Shown here in pieces: positions 52,463 through 64,000 of a stretch of 64,000 nt of DNA. The notes below the pieces were generated by a model. It was not told where the DNA came from and made no database searches. It saw nothing but the letters and a program-made list of their open reading frames with translations. The translations under genes were made by a program, and so were the position numbers. The stretch lies in the NCBI GenBank assembly GCA_026914245.1, contig CP110439.1, positions 7,130,001 to 7,194,000 on the forward strand, given 5' to 3'. The DNA comes from Puccinia triticina. Lineage: Eukaryota. The number at the start of each line of letters is the position of its first letter. Position 1 is the first letter of the stretch.

Positions 52463-53690
52463 GGGCCCATTCGGCCGCGCGGCAGAATCTCAATCTGAAC
52501 TCGCGGTCCCCCGCAAAAGTGAGATTCTGACGAGATTCCGAATCTTGTCAAATGAGATTTTTGTGAGATTCCAAAAAACCGTTCGGCTGCCAAAATATCT
52601 GGGAAAAATCTCTGATTGGCAATCTCGCCAGCCACCAAAGAGAGATTGCACTGAGATACAGCTATTTTGCTGAATCTCAAGACCTGAAACAGAATCTCAA
52701 CTCTCTTGAAACTCACAAGGGACTTCAAAAACACCCACCACAATATTTACTACACCCTACAACCCCTCTCACCTCGATGGCCAACGCCTTGGTCCGGATG
52801 ATCCTCAGTCAACACACCTCCCAGCCTGGCTCGATTCACTGCAAGCAGGCCCTTGACAAGCACTTTGGAAAGGGCAACTATGTATCATGTCACCACCTCC
52901 TCTTGATGGCTGATTGAACCGGCCATCGAGAGGAGGACACACCCTCTCGATGGCCGGTTGAACTGGTCATCGAGAGGAATACACCTCTCGATAGCCGATC
53001 GAACCGGCCATCGAGAGGAGTGCACACCCTCTCAATGGCCGGTTGAACCGGTCATCGAGAAGATTATACACATCCTCTCGATGGCCAATGAGTGCACACC
53101 CTCTCGATGGCCGGTTGAACGGGTCATCAAGAGGAATACACATCCTCTCGATGGCCGATCGGACCGGCCATCGAGAGGAATACATATCCTCTCGACGGCC
53201 GGAATTCAATCAGCCATTGAGAGGGTGTGCACTCCTCTCGATGGCCGGTTCAATCATCTATCGAGAGGTTGTGTCCTCCTCTCGATGGCAGGTTCAATCA
53301 GCCATCAAGAGGATGTGTATTCGTCTCGATGACCTGTTCGGCCGGCCATCGAGAGGGTGAGAGGGGGCCGGTGTACATGCATATCTAGTTGTGCAGCCAA
53401 ACACCCTTGATCAGTAGAATCTGGATCTCAGTGTCACAGATCCAGATTCCGGGAATGGAGGACTTCCCGTCAATCTGGGAACCCCTTCCAGACCCAGATC
53501 TGAGCCAAATTTCGCAGGGAAATTTAGGCTTTGAGACTCTGGGAGGCTCTCAGATTGCTCCCAGATTGCGACGGGAAGTCCTCCAATGTTCGGCTGCCTG
53601 GCTGTCATTGGGCGAGATCAGAATCTGCCCATGGGCACATTCTGATATCGCGAGATTGAGATTTTGGCCCCCGCGCGGCCGAACGGGCCC
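52463..53690. mobile_element. Non-autonomous PIF/Harbinger-type element, TAA TSD, with internal palindromic array
   Basis: TAA|GGGCCCATTCGGCCGCGCGG ... CCGCGCGGCCGAACGGGCCC|TAA. GAATCTC/GAGATT subterminal repeats. Array at 52898-53360. Confidence 0.88.
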
Positions 53691-54603
53691 TAAAGCTACT
53701 GGAAAAGCAGATATGAATGTTTTTGATGATCACAGCATTTCTGTAAAAGTTTGACAGACTGGCAGCCAATTTTTGAGAGCCCAAATTTTCAAACCCAGCC
53801 AAACTTGACTTTCAAAGTTTTTGCACAAAGACGTCTGAAGCTGGGCTGGTGCAAACATAAGGCTGAAAATAAATCCCTGGTAATGTAAAATTAATAACAT
53901 TACCCCTAACCAGGAACCAGTGCTGTATCATGAGGATGTGATTTCAGTTCTAGAGACTAGCAATGAGTTTACATTTCCCTCCAAGTAGGAAACTGGAGGG
54001 ACACCAGAGTTGAACCAATCATTGTTCACACCTTGCTGCTGCAAATTCACAGCTTGAAAGAAGTTTAAACTGAATATTATTTTGGTCAGGTTAGGAAAAA
54101 CCAGGTCTAAAAAATTCTTGCCTGATCCGCAAACCTGAACCAAAACTGCTGCTCTGCCATGCATCTGACTCTGAGTGGAATTTAAATTTAGATGAAACTC
54201 ATTATATCAATTGGTTTGTTGTGCAGTTATCAAACTTGAATCAAGGCCTTTGCCTTCCTCATGCAAACATGGCCTCCACTCATGTGAGACAGAAGAGCCT
54301 TTAGAGGGGGATAGCATTGATCCCATATTACTGCTTCACAGCAGGTTGGGAGAAGTTTAATTTTAATGGTAATATTTTGGAAGGATAAGAAAATCCAGGT
54401 GTCTAAAATCCCCAACTTAACTAATTACCTCTATTGAAGGGGGGGAAGCCTTCCAGCAGGGAACCTTAGAAGGAGGGAATGATGTGATAATTCACACCCT
54501 CAGGAGTAGAGAATTAGTAAAAACACATTTATTAATACTTTCTGGCCACATAATCTCTCATTGGCTAATCAAGGTTTGGGGGGAAAAGATGCACAAGACC
54601 ATG

Positions 54604-54850
54604 CACTGCAAAAAAAACTGTGTCAACTGTGAGCAGTTGACATGTGGTAACTCTGAGGAAGCTTGTGGTGTTACACCAGCCTTACTCAAGGTTTGACTCA
54701 ACCCAAGCTTCAATGAACAGTCACTGGGCACCTTGCACAGTGACTGTGCCAACAAAGGCACTTGTGCATCCAGGTGGAGTTACAATGGCAGCTTGACTCG
54801 AGTATCCTGCGTGTCAACTGCAAGCAGTTGACCAAGTTTTTTTTGCAGTG
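54604..54850. mobile_element. CACTA-type MITE (CACTG...CAGTG), 3-bp TSD ATG
   Basis: ATG|CACTGCAAAAAAAACT...AGTTTTTTTTGCAGTG|ATG. Interior resembles the fragment starting at ~47397. Confidence 0.85.
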
Positions 54851-56435
54851 ATGGGGTTTCTTTCTACCTATTTGTTAGTTCTTTTGGTAAATTGAGTACC
54901 TCTTGAAGTCCTTTTTTGTGACTGACCTGTGCCCACACATCTTGCACTGTACAGAATCCAAACCAATGAAGTTGCAATTCTGATTGCAGGTCACCAAGAT
55001 TGGTTGAGGATTTGAAAAAATAGTAAAAAGGTGGGGAGAGCTTGCGCCATCCCAGAAATGAAAAACAGAGCAAAATAGGGTGCAGACACTCATGTGTGAG
55101 TTGAGTTTAAAAAATCCCACACCAAAAGTAATTATCTGCTCCTGAAGGTTTAACATACCCTGCCAGTCCCTCCTTTGGATATTCCCCACGGGGCAGCATC
55201 TCCCCTCTGATTAGGGTCTTATTTTAGCTAGTTGAAATTCATACCTATTTTGTTGAGTGGAACCAGTTTTAAAGCCGGCGCATCATACGGAATTCACAAG
55301 GATGTAACAACCACTGTTGCAAATTCATCACTGACCAAAGTATTACAGACCTGTACTTTACCCTTACTTAGCTTGGCAGAGAACCTGGACACCTTTCTCT
55401 ATGTCAATGCTAGGTGAGCCTTTTCCTATCTTTCTCTCTTCTCTTTTGTTCTCCTCCATTGTCTTCTCACATTTGTAGATAGTAATACTAACCAAGAGAA
55501 CCTGGGTGTTTTTATGTCTGTTGAAGCTAGTACAATTGGAAGACATGTACAACATTTACATAGAGTCTTTGGCTCTATAGACTTGCCTTCTCTGTCTTCC
55601 TGTTATAACATCAGTGAAGGACTTGACAGAGTCCTTACACCAGGTGACAAACAGAGAGCCCACCGCAACTCATGGTAGGACTTGATGTGTGAATAACAGA
55701 TATGGTTTCAGTGAGGAAAAAGAGCGCTGAGTGAGGGACTGGGAGACAGTAGTACTGTAAGGCTTGGTGGAAGAATATCTAAACACAAGCATTTAAATTT
55801 GATAAACAGGATTATTCATCTTAACATGTTTGGCCAATCTAAATAGAACTGCTGCACCGTGGATCTGAGTGAGCCAAAGTTGAAAGTAAAATTGTCAGTC
55901 ATCAAACTTTTTCTGCCCCATTTAAAGCATGAGCTCCAATTATGTGAGAAAAAGATGCTGATGGGGAACTATAACCTTTGGGTGGGGCACAACCTTTGAT
56001 ACACATTGCTACTGCAAAGGTAAAATTTTGATGGTGTTCAAAGTTGGAATGCATAATGCGTAAACCCTTAAATCACATTTTTATAAACGCACTTTGCAGA
56101 CAAGCTTGAATTCTGAAAAGTGAAGCCTGCCATTTAAGTTTATGGACAGGTGATCTAACGCTTAAGCATTTATGAGTTGCAACTTCGAACCCCAGAAGTG
56201 TGATTTGAATGGTGGGATTTAGAAAAATCCACATCTGTCAAATTGCTGCCTGGTCCTTTAACCTAATGTTGTGCCTTGGATATGAGTGGATTTTAGAATT
56301 CAAAATGTATCATGACTACAACAACTTGATCAGCCTGAGAGCCTGCACCAAATAAGAAGGAACCAGCGTTTTTGATATTCCATTACGTTGTATAAGAATA
56401 GAAGTTGAACAACAAGGAGGAAGAATTCATTTTTT

Positions 56436-58437
56436 TCATCTTCGGGGATGTGACGAGAGACCAGATGGGACTCGATTCCCGAACCCAGAGTTGAGGCTCG
56501 AGCCATTGAGACCGGCAGCCGAAGAATGAGGATTAAGTTCTTCATTATTGAACTCGATCTGTCTATGGTTGTTGAGGTTGGACTCCAAACCGAATTCAAC
56601 CTTGGTGTTAGCGACTCGTGATTCGAGTTCATTTACTTTAACACCGAGTTCCTGAGTGATTTCTCCAATCCAGTTTAGAGAACCAAGATGTGCATTGAGG
56701 ATCCCAGCGATTTGGACGATCGGGTCTTCATTCGAAGAAGAACTAGAAGAAATCGCGCCATCTGTCAAGCCGGAAGATGATTCGTCGATCTTATTCGCGG
56801 GTCCAGCCAAACTATTCAACTCGGCAATCATCGTTCCGAGGGAGGAGGCCATATCATTCAATTGAACGTGCACTTCTTCCGCCGTTTTGTAGGCTTCTTC
56901 CCGTTCCTGCGCAGCCGTACGCGTTCGACCGGTCGATGTTGCTGAAAAATCTTGTGCTTGGCTACTTGAAAGCTGTCTTTCATAGTCGTCCAATGCCACC
57001 GACAATTCTTGTTGTTGAGTCTCTACATAGTCTAACGTCGAGTCGATCGAATTCTGCATTGGTTCTATTTGCTGCAACTCATCATACAACATCGAGATCT
57101 AAGTGAAAGGGTAGCAAAAGAATCGTGTCAGGAAAGGCACTACAGGTCGTAAAAAGATACCATGCTTGCCTACCTGGTCTCCGTTTTGAATAAGCATTTG
57201 GTCCCAAGCAGCAATTTCATTGGCAGTATGCTTGAAGTCCTCAACGCGTTCATCTAATTCTGAATTCCAGCGAGCGACCAAGTCTTCCAAAGTTTTTCCT
57301 TTGAGTAGCGAGGGGGCCAAGTTGATGTTGGGCTTAGTGGAGGGGGTAGCCGGTGGGGTACCAGCAGGCTTATTAGCCTGAGATCCATCAGTAGTGGTTG
57401 AGGAGTTCATGGCAAGCGGCGAGGATTTTATAGGGGCGGTGCTCTTGATCGCCAGGGCGCTGCTATTCGTAGTTCCGAAAAGACTCGGGGTGGGCGGTTT
57501 GGCCGGCAATTCGGGTGTGGCATTGGCTTTGGGAGCAATCGGGGCAAACAAGGAAGTCGATGCGGCAGCGGTGGTTGCTGGAATGGATGACGCCGCCGCC
57601 GGTGCCTGAGTCGCGGAGGGTTGCGGATTATTGGAGTTTGAAGAATCGGATGGCTTGGACCCAAACAAGCTTGTGGGAGTGGCTGCAGTTGTGCTCCCGA
57701 ACAAATTTGTGGGAGTGGCTGCAGTTGTGCTCCCAAACAAATTTGTGGGGGTGGCTCCAGCAGGTTTAGACGGTTGAGGCGCACCAAACAAGGATCCACT
57801 GTTCGCGTCTTTTGCTGGCTGATTGGCAGGCGGTGTCCCAAACGAAAAACTCGGAGTCGTCGTATTAGAAGCAGGCGCATTACCGCTGTTGGCCGGAGAG
57901 GTTCCAAATATATTACTACTTTTTAAGTTGCTATTTGCATTTCCAAATAGGCCGGGCTTGGCGGCCGAGGTGGCCGTAGTAGACTGGTTTGTATTAGAGG
58001 TTGCTGCCGCGGGTGTGGCATTAGAAGCGCTCCCGAAAATGGAATTATTTGTAGAGTTGGCACCGAACATGGGTGCCGTAGAACCTGTGGCGCCACCGAA
58101 TAGGCTAGGTGTCGTAGAGCCTGTGGTTCCGGGGGCTGCGTTGGGATTTGCGAAAGGGGACTTGGTGCCGAATGAAGCTGCGCCGGTGGTGTTCGCTTCC
58201 CCAAAAAGCTGAGATGAGTTGGTGGGAGGATTGGTGTTACTAGCACCCCCGAGGTTATTCGGGAAAGCAGTGGAACCAAAACTGAACGTGGTCGTAGGCT
58301 GCTTGGCTGGACTTGTCTGGGGAGTAGTCGAAGACGCTTTTGAAGGTCAATTCAAACAAATTAGCACCAAGGTAAAAAACGATCACGACAGACGACTGAC
58401 CAGGTTGAGGGGCGCCGAATAAAGACCTGGGGTTCAT
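56436..58437 (-). CDS. NSP1: FG-nucleoporin Nsp1/Nup62; 3 exons, ~620 aa
   Basis: Exons 58437-58401, 58336-57174, 57098-56436. FSFG/LFG repeats followed by the Nsp1-type coiled coil (PSLLKGKTLEDLVARWNSEL...IAAWDQMLIQNG...IAGILNAHLGSLNWI). Confidence 0.92.
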
Positions 58438-61218
58438 ATTCAGAGATCGACGAGTGGCGGTCAACAGGAGACGAGCGTGTGTCGTTGGGTCCGGCGGTCG
58501 AACGCGAAGTTGACAAAGCCCCCCGAGACTTCGTGCCCCGGGGGTACTAGAGGGATCACCGCCAGAGGGGGGCTAAGTTAAAAGCTTGTTCACCAGCCCC
58601 CCTCTTGTTTTGTGTGCAAAATTGGGGTGCGCGCCAAGCCTCATTTTCAGGAAAAAGTGCTCGCCTGGATGCGCCGGAGTGGGCGAACGCACCTTCGCGC
58701 ATCATGACACCTGGCTCCGAAAACCATACCCTCACCACCACGGTTGCAGCAACTCCATGATTTGTTGTCTGTATGCAATGTGCATCACCTCATTTTTTTG
58801 GGATTTTTCCAGAGCATCTCCACCCCGGTCCCTGTAAATCTCATATTGGACTCGGGAAAACGGACATAGCACCAAAGAGGATTCTGCTTATCCACCACAA
58901 GGGCTGTATTGACCAGTGAAAGTCAGCCAATTGGGGTTGCGGTGTGCTTGAGAGTTTGTGAAGCCTTCCAAGGTGGGAAGGATCAAACGAGTGTGGGTGA
59001 TAGGGCCAGGCCTTATTGTGTCTACGTATATACAGCTCAAGAGGGACTTTTGACCCTTGTCCCTATTATAGGGCTCAAAATACTACATGACTGCGGTGAC
59101 TGTTGTTTTGGGGCCCGCGGCCCCTTAATGGTGGTACAGGGCCAGTTGCTTTGTGCACTTGTGGATACCGGTGGTATGCTGGGATATGACCATTATTTTA
59201 CTTTTATTCAAGATTCTACAAGTATTTTTATAAAGAAATTTGAGCAGAGATATCAAATTTGAAAAAAGACGAGGATGAGGAATCACTGCAGGAAAAATGG
59301 GCTCCCAGATCAGAGGGTGAGCATTGTGGGATTGTCGAGGAATATAAAAGTCCGGGGTAAAATATCCAAAAGTCTCGCACAAGAACTCCTGATAGTGCCA
59401 TAAGTCCCTCCAGCAAAGCCTCGGGCAGGGACGTAGTGAAGTTTGCTCTACAAAATGGTTTCCAAAGACAAATCTTGTGCATTTTCACACTAGAGTAAAC
59501 TAATACCATGCCATAATTTACATCACATATAGCCTCAGAGATCAAGAAAAATGATTACTACTAGTCTCAGCAAGACTGTGGGCGTGAGGTCGACTTCGGG
59601 TTCCTATGACGTCAGCCCCTGCCATGGCCGAAGGGGGGTGTTGGAAGACTGCATCACAGTGAAGCACATAGGGTGCCGACTTCAACGCACTTGGTCGTCA
59701 AGCGGCCAGCGCGCGCTGTTCATTTTTCTCAGCCTCAACAGAGGGGGGGGGGGGGGGGGTTGGCCGGTGGTCGCTGGACCTTGCAACTGTCCAGGCGGAC
59801 GGTCAACAGCGGTGAGGCCCAACTGAGGATTCCTGTACGCCCGCCCGCATTTCCCCCCGACATTTTTGGTGGGCACAGGTGACAGCGCTGGCGGGACTAG
59901 AAAGTAGTATTATTGGCTGCGCTCAGGTTGAACTTGGGAAGATTGGAACTGCTCTCATTTTGGTAAAATTGAAGTCAGGAGACACGTAGATTGCAAGAAA
60001 AGAGTGGAATAAGAGATTCATAGGGCCAAACTGTGACTTGCTAGCCATTGGTTAAGAAATGGAATGGAAATAATCAAATATGAAATAAGGTTGAAGTTTT
60101 ATCAACAATTGGAACAGTTATCTTGAAAAACTGCAACAGGTAGGAGCTATAATTGTTGTTCTAATCTTTTGATCAAAAAGAAAACTGAAATCTGAGTCTA
60201 CATTCGTGCACGAACCTTGTTCTTATTTTTATACTCATTCCATTTGAATGAGATGTAATCAGCGGGGTTGAAAAAAGCATAATGTAGAAAAGCCATGAGT
60301 GCAAGCCGCGGAATCCACGGTGAAAGCTTTACCAGGTCGCGGGTAACTTGATACAAGCTTTGGCGGGGAATTTCCTGGCGGGGCATTACTCTATAACTGT
60401 AATATGCTTGGCGGGGTTGGACCACACTAGCAGAAGAGGGACTATCTTTTGGTGCTTCGTTGTCTCGAAGTATCTCTTGCCCAATTTTACTCAGAAAATC
60501 ATTTTTCTTAACAAGGAATTTAATTCTAAGATTCAGCCATCAGGTCTTTCATAAAATGATATTGGCTTCCGGAAAATAAAACTAACATGCTTTTTGGCTT
60601 CCAATGCACCATCTACAAGTCCCATTTGATTTTTTAAATGTTGATCATGGCCATTTTCAATTTGATTTAAGGAGTATTGTACTGTGTTAGATTCTACAGT
60701 ACTACTTTTGGAATTGGGTAATGGTCTGTACACTGCTGAACCATATTGATCTATCTTCATCCCTGCCATTAAACTAATCCCTTGAATCTGCTTCAAAGGA
60801 TTTAGCTGTCAGCTAAAATCCATCAACACTTGTTTTTCCTGAGAAAAATACTGCTTAACTAAAAAGAGGAGTTTCAGAAGAACCATTGTGGATAAAGTTT
60901 CCTAAACAGCGAAGTTAATAATTATAATGGAAGATTTGTTTAATTTTGGATGCATGAGTCCAACATCATAAGCATATTTTAGAAAGGAGATCAATGTACC
61001 TATTGGTAGCTATTCAAATTGATAGGCTACCAGGTTTTGTATTTTGGGGATGAAGTTGATGAGGCTCAGTTACAGCTTGGAAATCTGTTGTCTATTTATA
61101 GACCAATTCAAAGTAGGAACAATTATCTTTTGATGTTGAAGGAAGCCTTGGATTCATTTACAGCGCCTTACTAAACTAGGCCAATAATGATAGGAGACAC
61201 CAGCACATTCCAACACAG

Positions 61219-62489
61219 TTTTGGAATTTTGACAAGGCCAAGGTGGGAAAATAGAGCTGAGATCCAACTGCGCGAAACTGCGCGAGTTACAAAAGCTGGT
61301 TTTTCAACAGCTGTGGTCAATCAACGGTGGGCCAGCTACGCTAACCGTAGCGTTAGCGTGGCGTAGCGTAGTGGAATTCCGCTAAATTTTAGCGTAGCGT
61401 TAGCGGAATTGCGCCTTCTCTGCGCTAACGCTACGCGCAAAGGGTGCGCAGCTAATTTAGCTGTTAGCGTAGCGTTAGCGCAGATGCGCGCAATTGCGCT
61501 AACGCTACACACGCAGGGCGCAAAAGAGCGCGCGCTACGGTGCGCCACAGTGCTTTTAGCTGAAAAAAGGCCTTTTTTTCTGCTAAAAGCGCTGTAGCGC
61601 AGCGTAGTGACTGTAGCGGCGCGCTAACACTAACAAACAATTGGCGCGCTGTTAGCGCCGCTGAAACGTAGCGCAGCGTAGCGGCACTAACAGCGCGCTA
61701 ACGCTACTCAAAATGGGCGGCGCTTTTTGCCGCTACGCTAACGCTAAGTGGCCCTGTAGCGTAGTGTAGCGTAGCGGCCGACCGTTGGGTCAATATAAAT
61801 TTGGCAAATTATGACGTATTCAGGCTTTTTTTATGTTCAAATTTTATTTTTATGAAGTTGTCAACATGTCAGTTTTTTGGAAACTCTCTGGATCTACTCT
61901 CACCTAAATTCAATATAGCACTGAAACACTCAATCAGCGCTACACCAACATGAATGATAGCGGGGAGCTGTCATTCATTCTTTACCTTTTTGGTTTATCA
62001 GAATGAAAAAGGTTTTGTTTCACTTCTTCCGAAGTGTACCGGGGTTACTTGAAGTGGGCTCATTGTGAAATATGGAGCAAAAAGTTCTTACTTGTTGTTT
62101 TGGAGTTGACAAGGCCAAGGTGGGAAAATAGAGCTGAGATCAAACTGCGCGAAACTGCGCAAGTTAAAAAGTCTGTTTTTTCAGCAGCTGTGGCCAATAA
62201 TTTGGCAAATTATGATGTAGTCAGGCTTTTTTTTCAAATTTTATTTTCATGAAGTTGTCAAAATGTCACTTTTTTGGAAACTCTCTGGATATACTCTCAC
62301 CAAAATTTAATATAGCACTGAAACACTCAATCAGCGCTACACCTACATGAAGGATAGCGGAGAGCTGTCATTCATTCTTTATCTTTGCAAAATCAACAGC
62401 TTTTGTGTCACTTCTTCCAAAGCATACCAGGGTGACTTGAAATGGGCTTATTTTTGAAACATGGAGAAAAAAAATTCTTACTTGTTTTG
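61219..62489 (+). repeat. Tandem duplication of a ~390-bp unit (first copy interrupted)
   Basis: TTGACAAGGCCAAGGTGGGAAAATAGAGCTGAGATC..ACTGCGCGAAACTGCGC occurs at ~61229 and ~62106. Downstream blocks also match. Confidence 0.85.
61322..61787. mobile_element. TIR element made of GCGTA/TACGC/GCTAAC micro-repeats (possibly hAT-type)
   Basis: CAACGGTGGGCC...GGCCGACCGTTG ends, flanked by direct GGTCAAT. Absent from the second tandem unit. Confidence 0.8.
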
Positions 62490-64000
62490 CCTCCATATTT
62501 TTGCTGATATGACATTCCTTTCTGGAAAGTTTTGGAGTCTTTTGTGCTTGTGAGATTTCTGATCTTTAATGTGATATATTTCAATTTTATTAAACAGAGT
62601 TTCCCAAAAATTTATAGGGGGGTTCACTATAGCTTTTCACCAGAAATTTTTATTGGACCACCAAAAATATTGCATGCGCTGCGCAGGATAAAATTAAGGT
62701 TAATTTTAGGCCACCAGGAAAACTTGTGTTTGTCTCACCTATGGAAATGTTTGGGTGTCAGCAGTTCCCCCTGTATTGGGGTCACTGGTGCAGCCCAAAA
62801 GTTGTACCAAGTGCAGAGGCATCCTAACTATGGATAGTGGACCCACCCTCAAGATGTTTTAGGAGAAGGATCTCAAGCTCTGCCTCCGCCTCCGCCAAGA
62901 TATTCAAGGTTTTGAACTCCACCTCTGCCAATTCAGGTTCAGTTTCATGTGGGAGTCTTGGGGACTCTTAACTTATTGAGTGGGGCAAAGGCACAAAGAT
63001 GCTCTAGAGCCAGGTTTCTATGTCCAACGGAAGTTTTGTATTACACTAGCGCTGGTAGAGGGAGCAGTATTTTGAAGGTCTCTCAGTACATACAAGCTTT
63101 TTAGGATTAGAGAAAAGGAAAGACTTACCTGGTGCCGGTAGAGAGAGCAGTAGTTGGAAGTTCTCTACCAGGCTAGGAGGGAGAATGAGAGCGGACTAAT
63201 TATCTGTTGTGCTTATGTAAGATTGCTACAGATCTTGTGAAGCCCCAAAGAAGGCTCTACATTTCATCACACTCCTTTGGTTCTATTTTCCTTTGCTCTC
63301 TCACTCTGCTTTTTGCTCCTCTTTTATCTGTGTTCTGCGGATTGCCTCATATTTGGGAGTTCTGTTTTTGGCTGTTAGACTTAGACCATAGCTAAAGTTC
63401 TTTGTGATGTTGGACAAGGTCCCCATGCAATTTACATCCTGATTCAAGGGAAATGCCATCAATTTTCTGAGCATTTGTGATCCTGATCCTGATTCTTTCT
63501 GAGTTCTGCCAAGCCTTTGAGCTGATTCCCTAAATCCTTTCTGCATCTCTGACCTGTGATGCCATTTTCATAATTTTGAACTTTGTGCATCCCTTCTTCA
63601 CCTCTCCAACACCCTTCATTGGACTTTATTCTACTGATTCTCATTCCTACACCTACACCAAGGGTATCCAGTCCCTCTGTCATCTCAAACAAATCACCCC
63701 CCCCCCCCCCCCGCCCCAACTACACTATCGTTTTTTTGATCCTCTTTCTGCTCAAGACTTTATGGACCGCCACAACCTCCTGCAGGGAGGGACATGCATA
63801 TTATCCCCCAATTTCATAGGGAAGCAGAAAGTGCCAAATGGCTGTAAGGTTTTTTAACCTTTTAATAAATCCGCCCCCACCAACTCCAAAGGCCTGAAAC
63901 ACAGCTTTCTGATCCTTCTGCATCTCCTCTACAATTACATCTCCTCAGAATCTTTTCATCACCATTAATATATTTTTAATAAATTCTTGAAAAATGACCT

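Noticed and set aside
52898..53360. CRISPR-like look of regularly spaced palindromic repeats (also 46402-46990)
   Set aside because: Linkers are only ~8-13 nt and similar to each other, there are no cas genes, the context is eukaryotic, and the arrays lie inside TSD-flanked TEs.
59581..59690. GC-rich stretch with terminal inverted match, tRNA/ncRNA-like
   Set aside because: No cloverleaf or A/B boxes; single occurrence.

Overview
Eukaryotic, intron-rich and transposon-dense fungal DNA. Gene style and TE types suggest a rust fungus (Puccinia-like); this is an inference. Spliced gene models were built by hand from GT..AG/branch sites. They comprise a PX-like-domain AGC kinase (9615-13384), a Ras2-type GTPase (34081-35322), nucleoporin Nsp1 (56436-58437, -), a coiled-coil protein with an MSSED..PxWRS motif (41431-43768), and four candidate secreted proteins/effectors. 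One of these has a signal peptide, a KR-ended pro-region and a RING domain. An inverted paralog of that RING gene is disabled by a MITE and an ATT start. Mobile DNA includes a full-length but decayed Ty1/copia element with 109-bp LTRs and a nested solo LTR, plus many non-autonomous CACTA-, hAT-, Harbinger- and Tc1/mariner-type elements with readable TSDs. Two patterns remain unexplained: ~44-bp palindromic tandem arrays shared by unrelated TE shells, and dispersed clusters of stacked GNA-triloop mini-hairpins ending in TAAGTTAG. No rRNA, tRNA or CRISPR was found.
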